Below are positions 37,085 through 49,801 of a DNA stretch of 64,000 nucleotides, one piece after another. Origin of the DNA: the human T2T-CHM13v2.0 reference genome, Homo sapiens. The notes below the pieces were generated by a model, which saw only the letters and a list, made by a program, of their open reading frames with translations, did no database searches and was not told where the DNA came from. Position 1 is the stretch's first letter, and every line of letters starts with the position of its first letter. The position numbers and the translations under genes were made by a program. Location of the stretch: the NCBI RefSeq assembly GCF_009914755.1, contig NC_060947.1; one strand, 5' to 3'.

Positions 37085-37700
37085 TGTTCATTCATTTATT
37101 CACTCAGCAAATTTTCTCTATGCCAGGCACTCTGCTAGGTAAGGGGTACAGAGAAGAATAAGATGTAGCCCTTGTCTGGGGAGCTCACATCTATTAATAG
37201 TAGAAACCAGAAACATGACTAGACAATCTTGATATTCAACAATGACTATAACTGACAGCAGATCCTCCATAACACGGGGAAAGGCTGGATACAGGCAGAT
37301 TTGTTGGGAGGCTACTTCAGTAATCTAGACAATAAGCAAAGTGAATGTGAACTAAGGTAATGACAGAGATAATGGAGAGAGGAGTAACAAATATTTGAAT
37401 TATTATTTAAAAGAAATAAAACCTCTAGAATCTAAGGACTTGATGATAGAGGTGGAGTGATGAGGAAAAGGAAAGACTCCAGAAGGACTTCTGTTGACTG
37501 ACTGGGACAGCAAGGTAATTAGAAGATAGTTACATCAACCAAGATGATATGTACAGAAGGAATATATTTATACATATTGGTAATACCTGATTATTTGTTC
37601 ATATTTTGGTTTTGAGGTGCTTGGTGGATCACCCATATATGGACATCCAGTATGTAATTGAAAACATGGGTGTGGAGCTCAAGAGAAAGGCATGGACCTT
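37085..37700 (-). mobile_element. L2 LINE fragments
   Basis: ttcattcatttattcactcagcaaat..tatgccaggcactctgctagg..tttgaggtgcttggtggatcaccca..ggagctcaagagaaagg. Confidence 0.75.
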
Positions 37701-38499
37701 GATGTTTGACTGTGATCCTATAACTGATGTTTACAAAGCCTATGCCTCTGCTTTCACTTTCTGACCCTTTTTGAGTATTGTCCCTTTTTAACCTCGCAAG
37801 GTTTCTTCAAGTTCCTTATTCCCTCACGGTATTCACTGACTGCCTAGGGATCCCTACTGACGAAGAAGGGCAAAACGTGTTACCAGATCTCTACTCCTAA
37901 ATAGCCCCCAATGGTCTGGATCCTTTTCCCCCATATTCCCTGCACAGCCCCCCACTCCTGCCCTCACTCCTGCCCCATCAACATTTACCTATCCTGCAAC
38001 TCATTCCCTCACAGCCCTGCTAGGTGGTTGGCTAATCTAAATAAATTAGTTTATACTCAGACCTAAGTGACCAATTCTGGTTTTGTGCATCATACTTCCC
38101 AAGTAATATACAGATGCAAAGAATGTAGGAATTGCAAGTGGAATTGTAGAATATCAGAGAAGCACTTGGTGTCAATTGGGTTCCTTCAGTGTTTCTTAAA
38201 CAACATCATTAAACATCATTACACACATATAATTCAGTTATTTAACAACCCTACTTTTAGACTTTTAATCAACCTGAAGTCTTCGTTTCAAATGAATTAT
38301 CCCTCACCAACTGCATTTCCTTCCCTCAGACCCACAACACATAACCAGCATTTAATTCCTGATCTCTCTTATTCAGCTTTGTAATTTATTGCTATTATTT
38401 CCCAGTAAAACCCTCATTGGCAATCAGGCTTCAGGGCGTCCACAAAGACGAATTTCTACTCTATTCACTTGTAACTGCCTGTTAAGCAATCAGTGAATC

Positions 38500-38690
38500 C
38501 TAGAAGATGAGAAATGGAATTGACCACAGAAGGTTATTTAACCCATACCTTCTTGTTAGAAAAGAAAACCAAAACCCAGAGAGATGACAGGACTGACCCA
38601 AGCTCACACAACTATTCGTAGCTGATTATAGCTGGAACCCAAGTCTCCTGACACCTAAGCCAGTTTTCTTCTTACTATGTAACAATTGCT
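38500..38690 (-). mobile_element. MIR SINE
   Basis: acccagagagatgacaggactgacccaagctcacacaact..ggaacccaagtctcctgac. Confidence 0.65.
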
Positions 38691-39620
38691 TCTGTGGGCA
38701 TGCTGCCATCATATGCTTTGCTCAAAACATAGTCTCCTTACATACCTTAGAATTAATTATCTTGACTGACAAAGCTCTGTCCTCCATAATTTCCCTTTGG
38801 GCTTTTAGAAGCCTCAGCGTGCAACCAAATACAACTTTTGTGTTTTTCAAACTGACTTTTCAATGGATAAATATTCCTCTATGCCAGGTGTCTCATCTCT
38901 TATCTTGGCAAGGATTCCATGTAAGCTGGCATAACTGGTGTGGGCCCTACAGGGCTGAGGTGGGTGATAGGACTGTCTATCACCTACAGCTGCAGGTGTT
39001 TGTAACGGTGATGGTGTGTACAAAGTTGAAAGTTGAAAATTGTATACAGAGAGCTGAGGTAAATAAACCAGAGAAATAAGTCTAAATAGATTGTTGAATA
39101 AAAAAGTGCCTAAGGCAAGCATTAGAACCAGAGTTTAGAACCATTTGGATCTGAAAGTCAGAAAAGAGATCTGGTTGAAACGGGCAAGCAGGAGAGCAAA
39201 GACCCAAGGCAGAATTCTGTTCCTGAACCTGGGCTTTTGCATGTTGCCTTTAGCATATTACAGAGATGATCCAGATCCATTTAAAGGACTAGTGACAGGG
39301 ACAGAAACAATATCACAGGCTGACAGAAAACAAGTCAAATGAGTACCCTCCCTGGATCATGCTTTTGGCCCTCTGCTTCTTTGCAAGAATCAGATGCAAG
39401 CTGATGGTCCCAGAATTTTATCTGCTCAGGCCTAGAATAAGTTTCACAACTGGACAAAGTTTTACACAGTGTCAGCGGCTGGGCAAGCTCCTGTTGGCAC
39501 TGTTCATTTGCCACCTTTCATGTCCAGTCAGTCCTTGGCACCTCTGTTGAAACCCCTCAAGAGAGTGCCATGTATGCTGGTGATCTGATCCCACCCAGTG
39601 GGAACACTTTCTGATGATGA

Positions 39621-39991
<371 letters not shown>

Positions 39992-40409
39992 AAGAGCACA
40001 TGATTTTAAAATGTCAGAACTCTCATTACTTGGGTTTTGGTGTTTATTTTGATGAGAAAATCAATATTAAGGGTGTGTCAGGCATTAGCAAGGGGAAAAA
40101 GGTCATGAGGATGGCAGCTCAGAAGTTGATCTCTCTGATATCAGAGATAAGATTTTTAAGACAATCAAGATTTCCTTTTCTCCCAAACCCCCATAAAATT
40201 AAAAGTAAAAATTGATAAATAACATCATAAGGTTTGTCAAGCAAGCCACAGCAACCTCATTCAGGAATCGTTTCTGCTAAATTTTCTGGTAAAGAAGTAG
40301 GGACAAAATGCCCACTAACTTCTAAGTGAAAGCAAGACCCTCATATTGTTCTGTCTGAACTCCTTTTTGGCTAGTTTCTACTGTTATTCTTCAAGTTCTT
40401 GTTATTTTC

Positions 40410-40857
40410 TTATTTTTTTTAATTATACTTTAAGTTCTGGGGTACATGTGCAGAACGCGCAGGTTTGTTACATAGGTATATATGTACCATGGTGGTTTGC
40501 TGCACCCATCAACCCATCATCTACATTAGGTATTTCTCCTAATGCTATCCCTTCCCCAGCCTCCCATGCCCCCCCAACAGGCCTCGGTGTGTGATGTTCC
40601 CCTCCCTATGTCCATGTGTTCTCATTGTTCAACTCCCACTTATGAGTGAGAACATGCAGCGTTTGGTTTTCTGTTCTTGTTTTAGTTTGCTGAGAATGAT
40701 GGTTTCCAGCTTCATGTTCCTGCAAAGGACATGAACTCACTGTTTTTTTATGGCTGCATAGTATTCCATGGTGTATATGTGCCACATTTTCTTTATCCAG
40801 TCTATCATTGATGGGCATTTGGGTTGGTTCCAAGTCTTTGCTATTGTGAACAGTGCC
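40410..40857 (-). mobile_element. 5'-truncated L1PA (L1PA6-8-like) 3' end
   Basis: ttatactttaagttctggggtacatgtgcagaac..ggtggtttgctgcacccatcaaccc..ctttgctattgtgaacagtgc. Confidence 0.92.
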
Positions 40858-41329
40858 TCAAGCAAGCTTTTCCATCACACCTGTAGCTTCAGAAACAATT
40901 CTCAGGTTTGATGTTTGTGTTTTCAGCACTCCTTTTCTAGGCAGCCATGCAGCAAGTCCTGTGTCATTTATTCTCATGACATGCTGGCAAATTTCTGTCC
41001 TAAACGTCCCATCATGCTGTATTTTTTCCCTCTTTGATTGTGTAGTTCAAGGCTGCCATATCCCTAGGAAGCTTTGTCCAATGGGCCCAGCCTCCAACCT
41101 GCCATAACAATTTCCTTCTCCCAATACACTGTCATTTTGTATTCCTGGGTTGCTTTTGTGTATATTTTGAGGAGTTGAGTGTACTTCCTCTAATCAAATA
41201 GTAAAATCTGTAGTCTTTGATAGCAGGGACCATGTCTAATCTTAGCTACGGGCCAAAAGTCTCAAATGCAATGTGATCAGACAATATATGTAAATAAGTA
41301 ATATGAATAGTCTTGATAGGTATGGAAAC

Positions 41330-41580
41330 AAAATAGTGTGGAGGATAAATGCATCTGACAGTATTTGGTTCCCATTTGAGTTCTGCCATTTATTAGCTGT
41401 GTGACCTTCCTCAAGGTAGTTGATATCTCTGAAGGTTTGGTTGCTTCATCTGAAAATGGGGTATATCTATTGCTACCCCACACAGTTTTATTAAACAAGT
41501 TTTTAAAGGTATCTCAGGTAAAGTGCTTTTCACAGTGCCTGACACATAATGAGTATTCAATACATGGTAGCTAATATTAT
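41330..41580 (+). mobile_element. MIR SINE
   Basis: ctgccatttattagctgtgtgacctt..cagtgcctgacacataatgagtattcaatacatggtagct. Confidence 0.8.
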
Positions 41581-42554
41581 GGTTGGCATTTATCAGGTTA
41601 ATTGCCCAAACATGTGAATTATTATGTCTGCGGTCGCTGGCATGGGTAATCTGTGGCCTTGGCCTGACTCATCACTCCCAAGATCATTATTACAGTTGTG
41701 CTACTATCTCCAGCATATGTTCAACTTTATTCTCTCTCCCCTTGTGCTCTCCCTTGCCCTTCTTTACTTCAAGTTTCCCAGACACCTTGTCTCCCACTCC
41801 AGATTTTTTTTCCTATCATGCCCATGACATGGACCTGATCCCATACTCGGTACCCAGAAGCTTTCCTAAGCTGTTCTTTTTGCTTTAGTGGTGAACCTGG
41901 GGTTGAAGGAAGCTCTTCGTTGTGTTCAGAGCTGCTTAGCACTCCAGGGTAAAGGCAGGGTTGTATTACATGAAGCTGAAATTACATCATAGCAATTGGC
42001 GGGAGGGCAAGTGTGTGTGCATATGTGTGTCTCTGTCTGGATTTGTGTGCATTGATTTGTCAGTGATTTTGTGTAGCTTTGTCCAATAGTTCAAACCCTG
42101 AGGCTTTTCATTCTCTGAAGAGGGGCTGGATTAGGAAGGGCAAAGGCTTATAATTAATATTCTTTTTCTTAATGGTTGTAATAGCAATTGGCTGTATTTG
42201 CCAGTTTTGCTTTTTTAGAGATAGCCGTTTTAGGAGCCATTTAAAGAAATTATCCCATTTTTATAAAGTGTCATCAAACCATTTATATTACTTTGTGGGA
42301 AGGCAGACTGCTGTTGGTCAAGCCTATTGAGTCAACATCAATCACTGAATACCTATTTTTTTACCTAATCAATCAGGTGCAGTGGAAGATATAAAAACAG
42401 GTAAGGCAAAAGCCCTACCTTCAAAATAGTTTGGTTAGTACAACGTGGATAAGTGTACTTTCTGAATTAGGTCAAAAGCCTCAAACCCTTAATCTATCCC
42501 AGCCTATATCCCCATGACAGCAATGAAAATCTGCCTCTCAGTTCTCTTACTGTG

Positions 42555-43705
42555 AGGAGTGTACTTGAGTGACAGCCCCAGCTGCTAAGTTCTGAATCTG
42601 CCACTGCATTAGGGGCCATACTTTTCACAGACTGCTCCCAGCCAGTGACTAAGGACACTAGGACAGGCCCATTTCTGGGAGATGCAGTGTTACCAGCCAG
42701 CCTTTGCTCCCAAAGCTCCCAAGATGGTGGTGGGCCGCTCCCAAGATGGCGGCAAGCCTTTTGTTCTCTGACTTGGGGTTCTTGGCCTCAGGGATTCCAA
42801 GGAATGGAACCTTGGGCCATGCGGTGAGTGTTATAGCTCTATTAGAAGCCGTGGCTCACGGAAGAGAACTGTGGAACCCAGCGACTAGTGTTTAGCTCCC
42901 GGGCACTTAGCTGCACAGGAACAATAGCAAGCCTCTAGCCTGATCGGGAGTGGCAATGAGTGCCTCGCTGGATCAGAAGCGTAGCGGACACCCTGCCAGA
43001 TCCGGAGGGGTGGAAGCCAGCGATGGGTCTGTGACAACAGTGATCAGCAGTGGTGGACAGCGAGCGAAAGCTCAGCTGGAGCCAGAAAAAAACAAGGACC
43101 AGAAGAGTATGCAGTTTCAAGATTTAATAGAGTGGAAACAGAGCTCCCATACAACGGGAGGGGACCTAAAGGGGGTTCCCTCTACCGGCTCGAAATGCCT
43201 GGGTTTATATCCCGATCATTGTCCCTCCCCCTGTACTCTCAGGCTTAGATGATTTGATTATTTCTTTACCTCCTGCTTTTAGCCTAATTGGTATTTTAGT
43301 GAGCTCCCTTTACTACCTGATGCGTCAGGTGTCAGCTGAGTTACAAACCCCGTGTTTAAAGGTGGGTGCAGTCACCTTCAGCAGCTAGGCTTAGGAATTC
43401 TTAGCCTAGGAAATCCAGCTAGTCCTGTCTCTCAGCAGGACTCCTCTGATGGATGGCTTTTACTCTAGGACTTCCCATTGGCTTTGCCAAAACTTTTTAA
43501 GAATTGTTCTGCAGTTTAAGACTCATTAACTAACTCTCCATTCTTCCCTTTCTCCTCAATAGTCACAACAGTATCACAATATTTTGGCTCTGCCAGGCTC
43601 CTTTGTCTCTCTCCCCATTTTCCCTCACGGGTTCTTTAGCCCTCAGCAAATCTCTTGCAGGTATGATCTTGCCATGACATCTGCTTGTTAGTGGACTTGA
43701 ACCAA
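42555..43705 (+). mobile_element. LTR16-like (ERVL) LTR, split by an LTR17 insertion
   Basis: gacagccccagctgct..ctgctcccagccagtgact..ggcccatttctgggagatgcag, resuming with gactcctctgatgg..ggacttcccattggc. Confidence 0.6.
42688..43434 (-). mobile_element. HERV-W-type solo LTR (LTR17), complete
   Basis: The minus strand starts TGAGAGACAGGACTAGCTGGATTTCCTAGGC and ends ..catcttgggagctttgggagcaaagg..ggtaaCA. 4-bp TSD GCAG (42684-42687 and 43435-43438). TATA-like gatataaa ~43204-43211; ATTAAA at 43123-43128. Confidence 0.92.
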
Positions 43706-45878
43706 TATATCATACAACTCTATACTTTGACTTGCCAATGTTGCTTGGTCACAAGTTAAACCTGATGAGCAGTCCAATGACTCAGTAGCCATAGCACAAT
43801 GTAAGAAAAAGAACTTGCAATTATTACTTCAGTTCTCTAAGCCTTTGCTATATCTTGCAGTGTTGTTGGGAAGAATTATGATAATGTAGGCAAAATCTCA
43901 ATAACATGGTAAGAACTTGATACGTTCATTCATATTAATGAGAAGATAACTGTCCTACTAATGGCAGTTCTTATGAAGCAGCTTCTTAAATGAATGACAG
44001 CCTTTTCTCATTAAGAAAACTGCTAGATAATATACAAAAGGGAATCAGGAATTTTTCTAGTACCCAGAATTGTATTGTTCTTTTATGATAGAAATCATGA
44101 GCAGTAGAACATGTTCAATACAGGGGTCTGGGCTCCTGGAAATTCTGCCTGTGGCTTAACTTGCTAGGAATATGTCCAGTTTCTTTTCTGCAGGTTGTCT
44201 CAGGCTGATATGGAATTAGAATTTTTAAAAACAAGATAAAAACTGAAATAGAGAGAAAGAATGAATTTCAAGTTCTAGATGCAACTTAATAATCAAATGG
44301 ATATGCTTAACTACCCTCAACAACTTCACCAGGTCTGTGATACTACAAGTAATCAGCAGAGCACTTCACAAAGTGAAGTGCTTTCTTCACAAAAATAGAA
44401 AAGAAAGGACAGATTCTCCTTCCCTCAGGGCTGCATCACTATTGCATTGTAGAGTTTGCTATACTAAGGAAGAAGCTGTTAGGTGTTTAACGTAGTTGGC
44501 ACTGAGCTATTGTAATGTATTCTGTTTTCCAAGGCAACAAAACTGTGATTCTTCCTTTGGCAAAAGGCACAGGCAAGCTGATCACTAATTTCACTTACTT
44601 GCCCTAGTGTAGGGAATTTCTGTGAAGCCACTGAAAAGGTCAGGGAAGGAATAACAGGGCAAGGTTACCAGTGCACTCAATCCCAAGTGTCAGTGTGGTC
44701 GCAGAGCCCTAGGCTGAAGGCAAAGAAGAATACAGTACACCTAGTGGTCCCTGAGGGTAAGAAGAGTCTGTAGGCTATTTAAAGCTGGGGTTAAAGCCTT
44801 TCAGATTGCCTAAGTACCATTTTCTGTGTTAATGGTAGATGATAATAGGAAGCTACAACTGAAAGTTAGTGTACATCCAATATGCAACTGAGGGCACTAT
44901 ATCATTATTTTTAACTTTGTGCTTTGCATATTTTCTATGTTTCTAGATAAAAAGAAATGTGTCAAGATTTCGACAATAAATTTCCATAACATGGTCACCT
45001 TTATCCTCTTTCTTTAGTCTGCCAATATATTCACTCAGGGCCCAATTCTGTTTTCCAGAATTTGTTAATTGAACTAAATCCTTTAGCCAGCATCAGTCAA
45101 GCAAAAAGAGGCAAATAGAGAAAGACTGCTAACCATGACCCACAGGCAATAAAAGATCCTAATGAGCCATTTAAATTGTCAAGTAAAGATTACATGATGT
45201 TCGCTATAGTTTTAGCATTTAGTGTATTTGGTTTCTTTCCAACTTCTTGATAAAACAGTTAGTCTATTATGGTATTTCTAATGACTCACAGTTAACTAGA
45301 GACTTTGATTAACCAGAATGACTCTATTATTTCCAATACTAAATAATAGTCACTACAAACTTGAAAACATATTGGCCAGGCTCAAATCACAATGTAGGTA
45401 ACTTCTCAACAAATACTTGAGTTGAGTGCATATGGAAGCTACAGAGAGGCAGAGGTCAGACCCAAGGAGTGTAGGAAATCTGCCTGTGGGTAGAAATGGA
45501 AATGTTTAAGGAGTGGGGCAAAGAAGCTTTGTCCTCTGTAAACTACAGAGGAACATTCCTGTCATGTCAAGGGAAAGGTCATATGCTTTCTCTGGAATTT
45601 CCCATAAGACAAGAGATTGAAAGACATGTAACAGGAAATATACCGCACTTAGGGGTGCAATTGGGCATTGTCTTCCCAAGGAGGAGAGAAAAGATATCTC
45701 AAGTCTTCTGAGGTCTTTCCATCCTTCAGAAAGTAAGGAGGAGGAGAGAGGTAGTAGGGCCAAGCACGCAGAACACTGGTAAAAGACCAGCATTCCGAGT
45801 ACAGCAGATTATGATATAGGGGCTAATAGGAGCTGTCCTCCCCTAATTAGTGGTGTTGGTCAAGGGGCACTCTTTAGG

Positions 45879-46097
45879 CCAAGATTTCTTAACCTCAGCG
45901 CTCTTGACATTTCAGGCTGGACAATTCTTTGCTGTGGAGGGCCATCTTGTGCACTATAGGTTGTTTTGCAGCATCCCAAGCTTTGACCCACTGAATGCTA
46001 GTAACACCAATATCCCCAGTTATGACAACCAAAAATGACTCCAGACATTGCCAAATGGTCTCTGGAAGTCAAAATTGCCCCTAACAGAGAGCCACTG
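45879..46097 (+). mobile_element. MER20 (hAT-Charlie) DNA transposon, full length
   Basis: ttcttaacctcagcgctcttgacattt..gtgcactataggttgttttgcagcatccc..gacaaccaaaaatgactccagacattgccaaatg..gagagccactg. Confidence 0.9.
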
Positions 46098-46979
46098 GTT
46101 TATAGGGACATTTGAAGACATACCCTTATGGTAATGGAGGACGATGGCACTTTCACAGCGTGGTTGAGTTCCAGCTATTACTCTACTAGGGAATAAGACC
46201 AAAGTTCTTTATGTGTTTTTGTTTGTTTGCTTGTGACCAGGGTTCCTGGGACTCATATTCTTCAAATTTTTACCAAATCAAATTGGTGGGGCTGGGGAAA
46301 ATGCTTGATATTTTTTGAAAAATGTGACATTTCCCCAAATCTTCTCTTTCTAGATATAGCACTGTACTTCTCTTCTTAAAGAAACATGGCATTTTACCTT
46401 GAATTGGTTATGACTTTCTAAACCCTCTGACAGTTAGTCTTTGTCCCTTACATTTTGGGAAAATGTTACTTTATCATTTGAAGGCCTGGGATTTTTCCCT
46501 CTATCATTAGCTCTATTTGGGTTACTGAGGAGAGCTAGGAAAGGCAGGTTCAGAGTTCAGGAACATAACCTTTGCCTGAGGCTATGTAAGTTGGTAAAGC
46601 TTCCTGTGTCAGTGACACTTTGAGTAAATTCTCCCTTTATGTAACTATGCAATTTACCCATGAAGACAGAAAAAAAGGTTGATTTTTGTCCACGTCAGAA
46701 ATAATTCTTCTGCACAGTTCAACTCCTTAGAGAAATACTGTTTTTTAGGTTAAGTAAGATTTTCCACTGGCATTTGTCATTGAGAAAAGGAAAAGAAGCT
46801 AGTTTTTAAAATATTCTTGGCCTTAGGAACCTAGGCGGATATATGCTCTTTTTTAAAACAGTTAGAGCTTTAATTGTGTGACTATTTGGCATGAAAGACA
46901 GCAAGGCTGTTTTTCTTATTATAAAGCTATCCCACACAGACATGATAAACAGCAGGAAAATCAGCCGAAGAATGAAAAC

Positions 46980-47352
46980 CAAGGGGAATTAAGATTGTTC
47001 AGCCCATAGAAGAGCTGGCTAAGAGGTGACTTAGTAATGGTCTTCTAGGACCTGAAAGACAATCATTAGGACCAGATGCTCCACATCTGCAGAGAGGGTG
47101 GAGACACAGGAAATGACACTATAGCAGGAGAAAGCTTAAGGAAGAATTTCCTGGCAATGAAGGATGTCAAACATCAAGAATACATTACTTTAGAGATTAT
47201 ACAATTACCTCTGGGCTGTTTTACATTTTGGTTTCAAACAGGATAGATTCTGTCTTGTGTGAGATGGCTGAGGTGAGGTTTTGCATGAAGATCAAGAGAA
47301 TGGACAAAATGATATCTCAAGATTCTTCTTAGTTCTATAATTCTGTGAAATC
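46980..47352 (+). mobile_element. L3/CR1 LINE 3' end
   Basis: gattgttcagcc..agaggtgactta..aaggaagaatttcctggcaatgaagg..ggacaaaatgatatctcaagattcttcttagttctataattctgtga. Confidence 0.7.
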
Positions 47353-48294
47353 TGTATCTTTATATATTATTTGCACTATGTCCCCCAAGGTGCTCATTTT
47401 ACAATGTGCTATTTGCATTATATTTTCACTTAATGGGGTTTCAATTTCTGTTATTCCTAGTTATGGAAATTTATTATGTGACTTTTGTACCCTCTTGGAT
47501 TGTTGAAAACTGCAACTCTGCCTCACTGTTCTTCTATTTTCCAATACTGTATTTTCTCCTTTTGTTAATTCTCTCACTTTTCAGTCATGTGTTTACTCCC
47601 CTGTGAAGACCTCCTGAAAGCAGGTGCACGCTTTGCACAGTATTTAGCACAATTAGTGTTTTAAGCCAATTTAATAACTAATTATTGTTTTATAATTTCA
47701 AAATGTAATGCAGTATGAGAAAATGTGATCCCATACAATGATATTCTCATATAATCTATAAACTTTTCACTTGACCTTCACCGAGTATATGCCTTTAGAG
47801 CCACATTTGCAGTGTCTATGTCAAAATAACCATTTGGTTCAGTAATTTTAAGGCAGGGGGTAGGTGGCTTCAGCTAGAAAGAGAAACTGTCAATCCACTT
47901 AATTGGCAACTTTAGATTAAAATTATCATTTGATTGCCTGAATCTTTCTTTGTACTAAGTTGTGTTGGCTGACATGTAGGTATGTTATATGCCTGTCTTG
48001 GTAAAAGAACCTACAGATCCATTTGATTCTAGCAAGAACCCATCAAATGCCAGAGGCTCCTCACTGCCTAAACAAAATTCTTAATTCATCAACCTCACAC
48101 TCAAGGTTCTTAATCTTGACATGAACCTTCCTCTGCTATTTTGATTCCTCAGAATGTGTCCTCTTTTCTAACTAAACTGTTCCTGTCATGTTATGCTTAT
48201 CCTAAAATCCACTGCTTGCTCAGATGCTTTCTATTACCTGAAAATTACCATCCTCTCCAATTATCCAATCTTCTTTCTCTTCATTTTACTGAAA

Positions 48295-48880
48295 TTATTA
48301 TCATTGTCATCATAGATACTACTTGTTGGTGGCTGACCACGTTAAGACACTGTGATAAGCCTTCAAATTCATTATCGCACTTAGTATTTGCAAGGACACT
48401 ATGTGATACAGATTATTGTTCAGAGTTCATTTCTAATAGCTTCTCTTCCAAGAGACCTTTTTTAACCAGTTGAACTCCAGTAATGCCCCCTTCTCTGAAC
48501 GGATAATACTTATTATCTTTACCACTTATTAATCTTACTTCACAGTTTCTCTCATAATATTATTTCCATGAGTAAACTGTAAGACTTGAAGGGAAGAACT
48601 GTGGCTTATACTAATTTTTATAGTAGTGTAAATGCAAAATATGTAATAAACCCACAATAAACATAGTACTGTATGGAAGGATGAAAAAAAAGATGGACAA
48701 GTGGATGGGAAGGGTGACCAGGATCAGGTCAAGTTACACCTTGTGGCATCAATGGTATGTTATCGCTTCATTAACTAATATTTATTGGGCATCTACTGTA
48801 TACAAATACTGTGCTGTAATCTATGAGGGATAAAAGAGAAGGGGAAAATACTGCTTTTGTTCACAATATAGATAGGAAGA
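48295..48880. mobile_element. MIR and L2 relics
   Basis: Antisense MIR ~48300-48420; L2 tails ~48570-48700 (aaactgtaagacttgaagggaagaac) and ~48770-48880 (atatttattgggcatctactgta). Confidence 0.5.
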
Positions 48881-49289
48881 CAAAACAAAAGCCAAACAAA
48901 CCAAAAGAAACAATACCAACATGGTGCTGAACTGAGCAGCATGATATAGTAATGGAATACGGAAAATATAGCTTCTGAAATCCCTAAAATATATCCTCCT
49001 TTTTCAGTTTCCTTAGGAAATTTCAGTTTTCTTCAGAAACTTGAATTTCCTCCTTTAATTCTGCACATAAAAATGCATGAGAATGTGACACATCAAAATA
49101 AGAGAAAGAATTTGTGATGCTGAAAAATGGAACCTCGACCCATTGTTTGGCATAGTAATGGCATCACAGATGTATTATAAAATTGAACATTTCTGAAACT
49201 CAATTAGTGTAAGAATCCAGGCAAAGAAATTTAAACTATATCTGATATAGCAATGATATTTTATGCATCTGAGACTGTGTGGTCATTTT

Positions 49290-49376
49290 TCCTCCCTCCC
49301 TTCTTCCCTCCCTTCCTCCTTCCCTCCTTTCCTTCCTTCCTTCCTCCCTTCCTTTTTTTCTTCCTTTCTTCCTTCT
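49290..49376 (+). repeat. (CCTT/CCT)n polypyrimidine repeat
   Basis: Seen directly. Confidence 0.9.
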
Positions 49377-49744
49377 TGCTGAGACTTTTTCTTTTAATGC
49401 AGTAGACAGTAGTGTTATTTTTTCCCTGTAAGTAGAACAATTTTAAACCCTAGGAAAAAAGTGAAAAACATGTTCCCTTCCTCACACTCAAGCAAGTATT
49501 ACTCATATGAAGTTTAACTTGAAGGTATATCTTTAAAATTTCTCAAGATAAATACTCCTTCCTCTCAGAGATTAAATTGTTTTGACTTAAAAGAACCAGG
49601 GCCATCCACTGTTTTTTGTGTATGTGTTTTTGCTTGTACATATATTTGGCAGGAGGATCAGTGAGGAGGCTGAGTATCAGTCTTCTTTATAAACTGGTTT
49701 TGAGTCTCCTTTGTGATTGTCAAAGTATGTATACAAAGTGTGGT

Positions 49745-49801
49745 TGTGTGTGTGTGTCTGTGTATGTGCACACACACAAACACACACACACACGCACACA
49801 C
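49745..49801. repeat. (TG)n immediately followed by (CA)n; self-complementary microsatellite
   Basis: Centred on gtgcac at 49766-49771. Confidence 0.9.

Noticed and set aside
42645-43252. Cluster of GC-rich ORFs and a CpG-rich patch suggesting a CpG-island promoter or gene
   Set aside because: Almost entirely within LTR17; the CpG content reflects the retroviral LTR.
44733-44750. CTCF-like motif (ggaccactaggtgtactg on minus)
   Set aside because: Mismatches at the conserved GGC positions of the core; too weak without ChIP data.
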